The notes beneath the pieces are model-generated. The model worked only from the letters and a program-made list of their open reading frames with translations. It did not search any database and had not been told where the DNA came from. A program made the position numbers and the translations under genes. A DNA stretch of 64,000 bases from an uncultured bacterium (GTDB lineage: Bacteria > Fidelibacterota > Marinisomatia > Marinisomatales > TCS56): the NCBI GenBank assembly GCA_964539785.1, contig CAZIJQ010000001.1, positions 118-64,117 of the forward strand, written 5' to 3'. This document shows, one piece after another, positions 38,249 through 47,720 of this stretch. Positions within the stretch are counted from its first letter, which is position 1. Each line of letters starts with the position of its first letter.

Positions 38249-40006
38249 TTAACAGGAAGTTGTTTGTTCAATAGCCAGAATCTGTTCATGCAGATCAAGA
38301 ATTGCGAAACTGTCATTCATTATCGAACGATAATTGCTTTCGATCCGCAAATTTGATTCTTCAACCCAGACCCGGGCAGAATTGACTTTATCAGCGCTGG
38401 CACTCGCCGCAGCGAGGAACAGGGTAGAAATATATATATCGATTCCCATATCTACAATACGTTTGGCGATTAAATCGGTTAACTCGGCCTCTTTCCGCTC
38501 TTTAATATGTTCGATAGCTTTATTCATTTGGAGAATTGCTGCTTGCACCTGTTGTACCAGATCGCTCAGTTCAGCGGGAAACTCCCGCTCACTGAATTTT
38601 TCAAACAGCGGGTTAAGCGTTCCCGAGAGTAACCCACCGATAGCGCCTACGACCTGTAATTGGGACGTGCCCTCGTAGATACTGGTGATCCGGGCATCGC
38701 GGTAATAGCGCTCCATATCGTAATCTTTCATAAATCCGCTGCCACCGAGAACTTGGATACCATCGTAAGCTGTACTGTTGCATATTTCCGACAAGAAGTA
38801 TTTCGCGAAGGGCGTCAGCACCCCCGCCAGCCGCTCATTAAATTTGGCCTGCTGCCGGAGTTGCGGATCGACAGCAGCACCAGTCTGTTTGGCTGCTTCG
38901 ATCTGGCGTTGAGCCAGTTTAAACAAGTCAACTACTTTGGCGGTTTCATAAACCAGCAAACGCCCACCTTCAAGATTAACCTTCATTTTAACCAGCATTT
39001 CATAAACGGCAGGAAAAGTGATAATCGGTTTGTTGAATTGAATCCGTTTTTCGGCATATTCCCGCGCCATGCGATACACCGCTTCGGCAATACCCAGAGC
39101 CTGCGCCGCAACACCCAGGCGGGCTCCGTTCATGAGCGACATGATATATTTAATCAACCCGAACTTCCGTCTTCCGATCAGGTAGGCCGGCGTATAATCG
39201 AAAGTCATTTCGCAGGTAGGGGACCCATGAATACCAAGTTTTTCTTCGATGCGCCGAATACGGATGGTTTCATCCTTATGGCATACGAATAACGATAACC
39301 CGCGGGCGTCGCTGGTTCCTTCTTCGGAACGGGCCTGGACCAGCAGGACGTCACCATTGCCGTTGGTAATGAAACGCTTGACGCCATAGAGTTGCCAGAT
39401 TCCGCTATCGTTGCCATCCTCCGGTGGTATGGCTTTCAGACGGACTGCCTGCAGATCGGAGCCAGCGTCGGGTTCGGTCAGAACCATCGCTCCTGTCCCG
39501 TCTCCCGAGGCCAGAATCGGCACAAATTCTGCTTTTTGCTCTGCACTGCCGAATTCCACAATGGTTTCGGCTATATCCTGTAAGCCGACCAGGTTCATTA
39601 ACCCGGCATCAGCCCTCGAAACCATTTCCAATACCGCTGCTTTCACGACCTGAGGCATATTCAAGCCGCCAAATTCCCGTGGCAGGGATATTCCCATCAA
39701 CTGGGCTTGTTTGAAGTCATGCAAATTTTCCTGTACCAGGGGATGATAGGTCACCTCGCCATTGGCACATACATTACCTTCTTTATCGATTTGTTGAGCC
39801 CGCGGGGCAATGTTGGTAGCACAGATTTCACCGGCCAGATCACAAACACGCAGGTAGTTATCAGTGGCATCGTCGCTATCGGTTGGAGCAAAATCATATT
39901 CATCGGATTCGGAATAATCTATTTCCAGAAGATCGGCCAGGGCCGGTAGATCTAATCGTTCCAGGTTAAATTTGATGTCGGGGTTGTCGGAATAGAAATT
40001 TGCCAC
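38249..40006 (-). CDS. acyl-CoA dehydrogenase (long form with a C-terminal extension)
   Basis: LTEPDAGSD, FITNG, YEGTSQLQ motifs; 585 aa. Confidence 0.85.
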   Translation of the reverse strand: MANFYSDNPDIKFNLERLDLPALADLLEIDYSESDEYDFAPTDSDDATDNYLRVCDLAGEICATNIAPRAQQIDKEGNVCANGEVTYHPLVQENLHDFKQAQLMGISLPREFGGLNMPQVVKAAVLEMVSRADAGLMNLVGLQDIAETIVEFGSAEQKAEFVPILASGDGTGAMVLTEPDAGSDLQAVRLKAIPPEDGNDSGIWQLYGVKRFITNGNGDVLLVQARSEEGTSDARGLSLFVCHKDETIRIRRIEEKLGIHGSPTCEMTFDYTPAYLIGRRKFGLIKYIMSLMNGARLGVAAQALGIAEAVYRMAREYAEKRIQFNKPIITFPAVYEMLVKMKVNLEGGRLLVYETAKVVDLFKLAQRQIEAAKQTGAAVDPQLRQQAKFNERLAGVLTPFAKYFLSEICNSTAYDGIQVLGGSGFMKDYDMERYYRDARITSIYEGTSQLQVVGAIGGLLSGTLNPLFEKFSEREFPAELSDLVQQVQAAILQMNKAIEHIKERKEAELTDLIAKRIVDMGIDIYISTLFLAAASASADKVNSARVWVEESNLRIESNYRSIMNDSFAILDLHEQILAIEQTTSC

Positions 40007-40011
40007 GCTGT

Positions 40012-41040
40012 TTACTCCTTGGCCTTGTAAGACTTAATCATCATCGGTATTACCTGGTTCAGATCGCCGACGATTCCATAGTGGGCAATGTTAAAAATGG
40101 GTGCATCGGGATCGGTATTGATGGCGATAATTTTACCTGATTGATCCATTCCGGCTTGGTGTTGGACGCAGCCGGAAATACCGCAGGCGATATATAGCTT
40201 GGGCCGTACAGTGGTACCGGTTTGCCCCACTTGATGTTCAGCATCAATGTAGCCGTTATCCACTGCCGCCCGCGAGGCCCCCACCATTCCGCCCAGGGTT
40301 TCGGCCAGTTCATGAACGAGTTGAAATTGCTTTTTACCGCCAACTCCGGCACCACCGGCCACGATGATATCGGCACCGTTCAAATTGATCCGCCGCCGCC
40401 CTACGAGCCGGTCGATGAATTGATTGTGAAAATCGGATTCGCTTAGTTCTGATGGTAAATCGATTATTTGTCCCTGATGCTTGGGATTGGCCGTACCGAG
40501 CTTCATTACCCCTTCCCGCACCGTTGCCATCTGGGGCCGGTGATCGGGCGAAATAATGGTGGCGATGATATTACCGCCGAAGGCCGGCCTGATCTGAAAT
40601 AAAATGTTTTTATATAATTTCTTTTTTGCCTTGTCTTCGTGATCCTGGATTTGCAGGTCAGTACAATCGGCCGTTAAGCCGGTTTTCAAGGAACTGGCAA
40701 CCCGGGGAGCGAGATCCCGGCCGATGGGGGTAGCACCAAATAATACGATTTGAGGTTCAATCCGCCGGATCAGTTGGGCAGTCAATTTTGTGTAAGGCAG
40801 GGTCTCATAAAATTTCAGCCGGGAATCAGTAATTCTATAAAGCTGATCACAGCCATAAGAAAACGGTGAGTCGCTATCTTTATTTTCGCCATCACTAATC
40901 ATTATAGCGCTGACTTCAACACCCAGTTCGTCAGCTAAATCCCGGGCTTTGCTGATTAATTCCAGGCTTACAGTGGCTATTTTGTTGTGATCTAGCTCGA
41001 CATAAACCAGTATTCCGTTAGTTGTTATCTTGTTATCCAA
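40012..41040 (-). CDS. etfA: electron transfer flavoprotein subunit alpha (FixB-like)
   Basis: FAD-binding C-terminus ..IVAGGAGVG..VGASRAAVD.GY....QVGQTG..V.P.LYIACGISG..QH. TTG at 41040 is preferred because an AGGAG Shine-Dalgarno lies 8 nt upstream. The track start is 41055. Confidence 0.85.
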   Translation of the reverse strand: MDNKITTNGILVYVELDHNKIATVSLELISKARDLADELGVEVSAIMISDGENKDSDSPFSYGCDQLYRITDSRLKFYETLPYTKLTAQLIRRIEPQIVLFGATPIGRDLAPRVASSLKTGLTADCTDLQIQDHEDKAKKKLYKNILFQIRPAFGGNIIATIISPDHRPQMATVREGVMKLGTANPKHQGQIIDLPSELSESDFHNQFIDRLVGRRRINLNGADIIVAGGAGVGGKKQFQLVHELAETLGGMVGASRAAVDNGYIDAEHQVGQTGTTVRPKLYIACGISGCVQHQAGMDQSGKIIAINTDPDAPIFNIAHYGIVGDLNQVIPMMIKSYKAKE

Positions 41041-41923
41041 AGGTGCGCTCCTCAATTAATTCGGCCATTAATTGCTTGATGCCCATTTCGGTTGGATCAA
41101 TCTGACGGGTATCGGTGGCAGCGAAGACAACACTCTGCACTTTTTTTACTTTGGTGGGTGAGCCGCGCAGACCGATGTCGGCAGGGTCGGCATCCAGATC
41201 GGCGGCAGACCAGGTCTCGATCAGCAAACCGCGATTGGCGAGGCGTTCGCATTCGGCCACGATTGCCGGTAAGTCGCCCTTGCCTTTTTCAGCTTCGACT
41301 TCCAGCCGTGTCCGGGCACGCTTGAAACGCATCATCAGTTTTGCCCCATAGCTGCGGGGTTGATTGGCAGAAGCGGGAACAGTGATCAACAGAGGGAGTC
41401 CAGTTTCGATTTTTTCAGTGATTCGCCCCAAATTCCGCGACAACAGCACTCGATCATTGCGTATTTCATGAATTTTATGCACATAGGTAATCTGGTTTAC
41501 TCCGATCTTATCCGCAACCTGGGGACCGATCTGGGCTGTGTCACCATCGATGGCCTGTCGACCACACAAGATCAGATCATAATCTCCGATCTTTTTGATA
41601 GCCTGTGCCAGGGTATACGAGGTGGCCAAAGTATCGGCGCCGGCAAAGGCCCGGTCGGTAACCAGAATACAGAGGTCGGCTCCACGGAAGAGGGTCTCAC
41701 GCAGGATATTCGCGGCCCGGGGCGGACCCATGGTAATGACGGTAACAGTCCCGTTATAGCGATCTTTGATATCTAATGCCAGTTCGAGGGCATTCAGGTC
41801 TTCCGGATTGAAAATGGCCGGTAAGGCCGCCCGGTTTACCGTGCCATCGTCTTTCATTGCTTTGGCAGTGATATTTTTAGTATCGGGAACTTGTTTTACT
41901 AAAACAATTAAATTTATGCTCAT
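41033..41923 (-). CDS. etfB: electron transfer flavoprotein subunit beta (FixA-like)
   Basis: N-terminal LVLVKQVPDT, ..NPEDLNALE.., LILCGRQAIDGDT. Confidence 0.85.
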   Translation of the reverse strand: MSINLIVLVKQVPDTKNITAKAMKDDGTVNRAALPAIFNPEDLNALELALDIKDRYNGTVTVITMGPPRAANILRETLFRGADLCILVTDRAFAGADTLATSYTLAQAIKKIGDYDLILCGRQAIDGDTAQIGPQVADKIGVNQITYVHKIHEIRNDRVLLSRNLGRITEKIETGLPLLITVPASANQPRSYGAKLMMRFKRARTRLEVEAEKGKGDLPAIVAECERLANRGLLIETWSAADLDADPADIGLRGSPTKVKKVQSVVFAATDTRQIDPTEMGIKQLMAELIEERTFG

Positions 41924-41980
41924 GGTTTGGACGCAAAGCTATTCAAGGGTTAGAATGATTTCAATTGGTTTTTAAAAAAA

Positions 41981-42010
41981 CGAATTTTCCGGGATATCCC
42001 AGAAAATTCG
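41981..42010. promoter_or_regulatory. 30-bp near-perfect palindrome; candidate operator in a divergent promoter region
   Basis: CGAATTTTCCGGGATATCCCAGAAAATTCG is self-complementary at 28 of 30 positions. Lies ~58 nt upstream of the etfB start. Confidence 0.45.
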
Positions 42011-42098
42011 CAAACAGATGACGTAGAATATAGGGCGGGATAATATTTATTTTGAGAATATATTTGGAAGCGGAAATCTTATAATTGGGAGAGCTTCA

Positions 42099-42941
42099 AT
42101 GGGTATGATTGAGTTTTTACAACAGTTTGATTTTGACTGGCTGATTCTTTCGATGAAAGCCATAACGATTTTAGGTAACGAGGAGTTTTATCTGCTGGTA
42201 TTGCCAGTTTTAATCTGGTGCTGGCGAAAGAACAGCGTATTACCTCTGGTAATTCTGCTGTTACTGAATTTTTGGATAAATTATGAATTCAAAGAATTTT
42301 TTCATTTAGCCCGCCCTGAGGGAGTGAATCTAATCAGCGCGGTGCACTACAGATTTCCCAGCGGACACGCTCAGGGAGCCATGGTTCTATGGGGGTATCT
42401 GGCGTGGCTGCTGAACCGGCTAAATGGAAAACAGGTTTACGGCTGGTTTGGTTTAATTATCGTTTTTATTGGCCTATCGCGAATCTATCTGGGGGTGCAT
42501 TTTCCCAGTGATGTAATTGGGGGCTGGAGTATTGGATTTGTAATCTTGTTTATTGGGATCCGGGTAGTGAAAATAGTTGAAGCCAGAAAATTGAAATTCC
42601 CGACAATACCAACGGCAATATTAATTGGGTTTGTGGGGCTAATGCTGGCGTTGTTGCGTCCGTCGGAAATTTCGGTCAGGGCAGGGGGAATGCTGGCGGG
42701 GCTGGTCGGGGGAATGTTGATTGAACTGGAATATCTGAAGAGTTCTTTGGCTGCCCGCTGGTGGCAACAAGCACTTAAAATAATTATTGGAGTTGCCGGA
42801 GTACTAATCCTTAAAATTGGAATAAAAATGATTTTACCGGAAATGCTGTGGGCGGATTGGTTGCGCTATGGCATAATCGGACTGTGGATGGGGTTAGGAG
42901 CCCCACTGGTTTTTGCTGGATTGCGGCTTAGAAAAAATTAA
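42099..42941 (+). CDS. PAP2 family membrane phosphatase
   Basis: Acid phosphatase motifs KEFFHLARP, PSGHA, SRIYLGVHFPSDVIGG. Confidence 0.8.
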   Translation: MGMIEFLQQFDFDWLILSMKAITILGNEEFYLLVLPVLIWCWRKNSVLPLVILLLLNFWINYEFKEFFHLARPEGVNLISAVHYRFPSGHAQGAMVLWGYLAWLLNRLNGKQVYGWFGLIIVFIGLSRIYLGVHFPSDVIGGWSIGFVILFIGIRVVKIVEARKLKFPTIPTAILIGFVGLMLALLRPSEISVRAGGMLAGLVGGMLIELEYLKSSLAARWWQQALKIIIGVAGVLILKIGIKMILPEMLWADWLRYGIIGLWMGLGAPLVFAGLRLRKN

Positions 42942-43330
42942 GAATCGATATTTGTGTTATCGGCCAGGGCGAGACGCTTTTTGATCAATTTGACTAATTC
43001 GTGATTTTCTTTGGTTGGAATGAGCTTAAAACAGGTCTCCGCCTCGGCCAGGGCATAATCAAACCAGCCTTTTTTGGTATAGACCAACGCGAGACTATAG
43101 TGGGCTTTTGCAAGGGCCGTAAATTCGTTTCTGGTTAATTCAATGGATGATGTTGGCAGCAATCGAATAACTTCACGATATTCTAAAACAGCTTCGTCTA
43201 TTAAGCCTTTTTGAAAATACCAGTTTCCCAGCTTCAAATGCCTTTGGGGATCATCTTTACAGCCCACAAAAAGCAGCACCGCTGCGAAAAGTACAATGAA
43301 ATAGTTAGATTTTCTTATCATCAGATTCAT
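42938..43330 (-). CDS. TPR-like lipoprotein
   Basis: Lipobox LLFVGC. TPR-like helices (LGNWYFQKGLIDEAVLEYREVI, AKAHYSLALVYTKKGWFDYA). ATG at 43330 preferred over the track TTG at 43372. Confidence 0.55.
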   Translation of the reverse strand: MNLMIRKSNYFIVLFAAVLLFVGCKDDPQRHLKLGNWYFQKGLIDEAVLEYREVIRLLPTSSIELTRNEFTALAKAHYSLALVYTKKGWFDYALAEAETCFKLIPTKENHELVKLIKKRLALADNTNIDS

Positions 43331-43372
43331 GAAATGCAGGTTTAATTTCCAAGCAACCCGGCCTAAATGCAA

Positions 43373-43410
43373 GGAATAATTAATATTCGAGAATATTTAA
43401 AAATTATTCC
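43373..43410. repeat. AT-rich nested palindrome/hairpin
   Basis: GGAATAATT-AATATTC-GA-GAATATT-TAAA-AATTATTCC, between the MFS gene stop and the TPR gene start. Confidence 0.4.
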
Positions 43411-43468
43411 CGGTGAAAATTGATTTGAAAATGAGTAAATCATTACCAGAATATGACAAAGGATTATC

Positions 43469-44584
43469 TCAATTCACATGTTTTGGATCACGCACTAAAA
43501 ATAGCATTGCTATAATACTGATACTAATAAAGATTCCGATTCCAGTGAGAATACTGGGAATTTCAACAAAATGGAGCAGACTTCCGGCGATCATTATGGC
43601 AATAAATGTAAAGGGAGCCAGAGAAGTGTCAATCAATGCCATATACGTTTTACTGTCGCCATTACCGGCAAAACTGTACACTAAGCTCAATGAAGACGGG
43701 AAAAAAGACCCCTGCCCGGCGCCGAGAAACAGGAAAATGACATAGACCCACCACATATTCTGGGCGAACAGCGCTACGATCAAAGCAGTTAAATGCAGGA
43801 GGAGCGAGATTGTCAGAGCCTTTTTATGTCCGTAACGATCACCGATTCTACCGCCAAAATAACTGGCGAGTCCGAAAGCTACGGTAGTTAGAGCGGTAAA
43901 TATCCCGGCTTCACTTACATCGTAGTCGAACAGATCTTTGGCATAGATCGCATATAGGCTCATGGCCGGAAAATTAGCCGTGAAAAATATTCGGCTGAAG
44001 ATGTAACGGCGGAAATTTTTCTGTTTCTTGATAATTGAGAGAGTTTGTTTCAAGAATTGTCGGACTGTTTTATGGGGCTGTAGCTCAGTGGGCTCGGCTA
44101 CTTTATAGAAAAAGAAAACGATTGTACCAATAACCAAGGACGCAAATGTAATCAGAAATCCCCAACCGAAATTGCTCGGGAAGATTGAACCGGCGAGTAA
44201 CTGACGCGATAGCAAACCCCCGATAAACCCACCCAGACTATTAAAAGCAAACGATATCCCAAAGAAGGTTCCCCGGCTTTCCGCCAGAGAGACGTGTTTG
44301 AGGAAATCAGCCCAGATCGGAATAATCATGCCGATTGCAAGGCCGTAAAGAATGAAACAGATGTAATAGAACACCCAGGCGGAAGGCCCAGTTGGAGCCA
44401 GAAAGGCAAAAGTGAATCCGGCAATGAAAATCGGTGGCCAGACTAAAGTGTGAACACCGATAGCAGCCATCTTGATGTTGCGGATATTCCGTCCCATAAT
44501 TGCACTTACTAATTGTGGGACTGCAATCAATATGCTAAATAGTCCAGCCACGGAAATTATTACGCCATTTGGGGCTCCCAGCAT
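43469..44584 (-). CDS. MFS transporter; the coding frame continues about 45 codons upstream without a canonical start
   Basis: Multiple TM helices. The upstream in-frame stretch ..NKRNLALNCVHEASWGFGIAFHNAYAVIPLFLS looks like MFS TM1. Confidence 0.7.
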   Translation of the reverse strand: MLGAPNGVIISVAGLFSILIAVPQLVSAIMGRNIRNIKMAAIGVHTLVWPPIFIAGFTFAFLAPTGPSAWVFYYICFILYGLAIGMIIPIWADFLKHVSLAESRGTFFGISFAFNSLGGFIGGLLSRQLLAGSIFPSNFGWGFLITFASLVIGTIVFFFYKVAEPTELQPHKTVRQFLKQTLSIIKKQKNFRRYIFSRIFFTANFPAMSLYAIYAKDLFDYDVSEAGIFTALTTVAFGLASYFGGRIGDRYGHKKALTISLLLHLTALIVALFAQNMWWVYVIFLFLGAGQGSFFPSSLSLVYSFAGNGDSKTYMALIDTSLAPFTFIAIMIAGSLLHFVEIPSILTGIGIFISISIIAMLFLVRDPKHVN

Positions 44585-44720
44585 GCTAAGAAAAAGCGGA
44601 ATAACCGCATAGGCATTGTGAAAGGCAATGCCGAATCCCCAGGATGCTTCGTGAACGCAATTCAGCGCCAGGTTGCGCTTGTTGTTAGATGTCAGAAAAT
44701 CAGGAATGTTAATTATCCGT

Positions 44721-45635
44721 TTATTTGCGTTTCAGTCGCGATATTTTAATGATTGCCACTAGCAGCACAACCGCACTGGTAAATTGAACGGCAGTCAGGG
44801 TACTGTCGTTAATCAGATAATCAAAAATTATTGCCGAGGCGGGAAAGCACAGTTCGCAAATTGTGGCAATTGAGGCGCGAATTCGCTTTAAACCGAAATA
44901 GTACAAGAAGATGGCACCCGACCCGGTCGTAAAAGCGATTATCAGGAATATGATCCAGTTGGTTGGCGTGACAGCGCTGAAGTGATTCAAATTGCCGGAT
45001 AGAGTTAAGAATACCAGCATTATAATACTGGTAATTCCAAAGCGGTAAAATGTTGCCGTTGTAAAATTATAGGTAATTAAAATTTTACGCCCAAGAACTG
45101 TAGCGCTGCCGAAAGAAGCGGCTGCAATTATAGCCCAGACGGCCGCTTGTGCTGTGTTTGCTCCAGCTTGAAGGTTCGGCAGGGAGAAGCCAAAAGTGAG
45201 AAAATAACCGGCTATAATTGCTACGGCAGCCCAGACAACAAACCGATAACGAATTTTCTCCTTCAACAGAATTGCAGCCAGGAAAATAGCAAATACCGGT
45301 TGCAGCTTCTGAAGCAGCACCACAACGGTAAGATGCTGAAAATTGACCAGGAATAGAGCCTTGACTATTGCCAGAGTGCCCAGCGCCCCGCCAAAGAAGG
45401 CAACTAATCCAAAAATAATCCAATCACCGGGAGGAATCCTGGACAGATTGGCATATTCCCGGAAAAGAATCGGTTGCATCAGCACGAACGGTATCAGGTG
45501 CAACAGCAGCACAACAAAACCGGTATTTAAATTATATAACCGTGGTGTCAGCACAACGCCATCCAAACCCCATAAAACAGCCGCTATGCAGACAGCGCCG
45601 GCGCCAATTAGTTTTGTTTTTTCAGGAACAGCCAT
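44721..45635 (-). CDS. EamA/DMT family transporter
   Basis: 10-TM pattern with two EamA-like halves; 304 aa. Confidence 0.75.
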   Translation of the reverse strand: MAVPEKTKLIGAGAVCIAAVLWGLDGVVLTPRLYNLNTGFVVLLLHLIPFVLMQPILFREYANLSRIPPGDWIIFGLVAFFGGALGTLAIVKALFLVNFQHLTVVVLLQKLQPVFAIFLAAILLKEKIRYRFVVWAAVAIIAGYFLTFGFSLPNLQAGANTAQAAVWAIIAAASFGSATVLGRKILITYNFTTATFYRFGITSIIMLVFLTLSGNLNHFSAVTPTNWIIFLIIAFTTGSGAIFLYYFGLKRIRASIATICELCFPASAIIFDYLINDSTLTAVQFTSAVVLLVAIIKISRLKRK

Positions 45636-45752
45636 AATTTGAAAGCTTTCAGGTTAATTTTTCATTTAATTAAAGCGGAAAATTACAATCACCAGCCGCT
45701 ATAAAACAGAACCGGTGGGTTCATAAAGTCAATTTGTTATATATTTCTGACC

Positions 45753-47105
45753 ATGAACACAGCATTAAAGCGTACTCTGGGAATGTGGGATCTGGTTTTT
45801 ATGAATATTGTGGCCATAATCGGACTGCGCTGGCTATTGACTGCCGCCCGCACCGGTTACAGCAGTTTGATATTATGGACATTAGCCCTGTTAGTCTTTT
45901 TTATCCCGCAAGGGTACGCAATTTATAGTTTGTCTAAAAAGTTTCCCCAGGAAGGTGGTATTTATGTCTGGGCGCGGGAAATTTTTGGACCTCACCATGG
46001 ATTTATTGCCGGTTGGTGTTACTGGATCAACAATCTGATTTATTATCCGGCCTTGTTGATGTTTCTGGCTGGTAATGCCCTGTTTATTTTTGGCAGCAGC
46101 TACGTTCATTTGGCAGATAGTAAACTATACATAGCCTTGTTTTCGTTAATTATGTTGTGGTTGGTAATTATCATTAATATCCGTGGTATGTCACTGGGTA
46201 AGTGGATTCACAATTTTGGCGGTATCGGCGTGTGGATTCCAATTGGACTATTAATCGTTCTGGCTTTCGCCTACTTGCTCCGGGAGGGTCCGGCGGAGCC
46301 CTTCCGGATAGCTGATCTGCTGCCGGATTTGGGAAAAACAGCAACCTGGTCATTCTGGGCAACCATGTGTTTCGGATTTGCCGGACTGGAGCTGATGTCG
46401 CTGTTAGGCGACGAGATCAAGAATCCGCTGAAAAATATTCCACGGGCGATCGTGATTTCAGGGGTGGCGATTACAGCCGTTTACATCCTGGGCACATTCT
46501 CCTTGTTGGTTGCCATGCCAAAAGATGAAATTGGATTGTTGGCCGGTATAGTTCAGTCGATTGGAGCTCTGGGGCAGCATTTCAACCTGGCCTGGGTTGG
46601 TATCGTGGCCGCCCTGTTTATCACTTTATCTGGAGTAGGTGGTGTCAGCGCCTGGATTGCCGGGGTTGCCCGGGTACCTTTTGTAATCGGCCTGGATCGC
46701 TATCTACCATCAGCGCTGGGGAAATTACATCCCCGCTGGAAGACACCCCACATCTCATTACTGGTACAGGGTGGGCTGACAACATTGTTTATCATATTCA
46801 GCGTAGCCGGATCTACCATTGAAGAGGCCTATTTGATTTTGCTGGACGCGGAAATCGTACTCTATTTTATTCCTTACCTGTACATGTTTGCTGCTGCGTA
46901 CAAATTAAACCACGATGACTGGCGCGGAAGATTGTCGGGTATCTTAGGTTTTACAGCTACTGCACTGGCAATGATATTTGCGTTTATTCCACCGGAAGGT
47001 GTTAACGCGCTCATATTTGAGGCTAAGATGCTGGCGGTTACAATCGGCTTTGTGGGTGTGGGCTTATTTATATATTGGCGACGAAAGCCCTCTAACGTCA
47101 ATTGA
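45753..47105 (+). CDS. APC family amino acid permease
   Basis: 12-TM protein. N-terminal LKRTLGMWDLVFMNIVAIIG is typical of the APC superfamily. Confidence 0.8.
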   Translation: MNTALKRTLGMWDLVFMNIVAIIGLRWLLTAARTGYSSLILWTLALLVFFIPQGYAIYSLSKKFPQEGGIYVWAREIFGPHHGFIAGWCYWINNLIYYPALLMFLAGNALFIFGSSYVHLADSKLYIALFSLIMLWLVIIINIRGMSLGKWIHNFGGIGVWIPIGLLIVLAFAYLLREGPAEPFRIADLLPDLGKTATWSFWATMCFGFAGLELMSLLGDEIKNPLKNIPRAIVISGVAITAVYILGTFSLLVAMPKDEIGLLAGIVQSIGALGQHFNLAWVGIVAALFITLSGVGGVSAWIAGVARVPFVIGLDRYLPSALGKLHPRWKTPHISLLVQGGLTTLFIIFSVAGSTIEEAYLILLDAEIVLYFIPYLYMFAAAYKLNHDDWRGRLSGILGFTATALAMIFAFIPPEGVNALIFEAKMLAVTIGFVGVGLFIYWRRKPSNVN

Positions 47106-47117
47106 CAATCGAAGGAA

Positions 47118-47591
47118 TTAGTTACGCCGATTTTTTCGGGGTTTTCTCTTAGACTCGGTATCAGATTTATCCAGCAGCTTTTGCAATTTATCTTTATCGC
47201 CAGCATCCATATTCAGATTATCAAAATTGATATCTTCCACTTTAAAATCATCACCCAACTGTTTTTGCAATTCTTTCAACATGGCACTTTCATCTGATCC
47301 CATAAATTGTTGAAACATGTTAATCTGGGCCGGATCAATATTCCCCGTGGAAAGCTTGTTGAATGTACCAGCGGTTGGAAAAGCATCCTGAATTTTAGTG
47401 GCGAAATTGTCAGAGCCAGGGATCAGTTTGGCAATCGAATTATAAACCTGAGGTGCAAATCCCTGGAGATTTTTATAGATGGCCGAATTGTGTTTAGTTT
47501 CTTTTACAAATGATATACTGTCGGGGAGAAACATGAACAGCGGTAAAAAGGCGCTGATAACTAAAGCACCTTTTATGGAACCTAAAAGCAA
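47118..47591 (-). CDS. hypothetical protein with an N-terminal TM segment and a basic C-terminal tail
   Basis: ORF track only. TTG start. No family recognised. Confidence 0.35.
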   Translation of the reverse strand: MLLGSIKGALVISAFLPLFMFLPDSISFVKETKHNSAIYKNLQGFAPQVYNSIAKLIPGSDNFATKIQDAFPTAGTFNKLSTGNIDPAQINMFQQFMGSDESAMLKELQKQLGDDFKVEDINFDNLNMDAGDKDKLQKLLDKSDTESKRKPRKNRRN

Positions 47592-47720
47592 ACACCCCTA
47601 TTACGGCCAGGGCGGCAATATCAAAAACTGTTAGATTCATAGCAGGTCCATTGTTTTTATTAAATTACTATCGGGCGAGGAGACATTAAACGATTATTTT
47701 TTCAGCTGATTTTGGATTGA

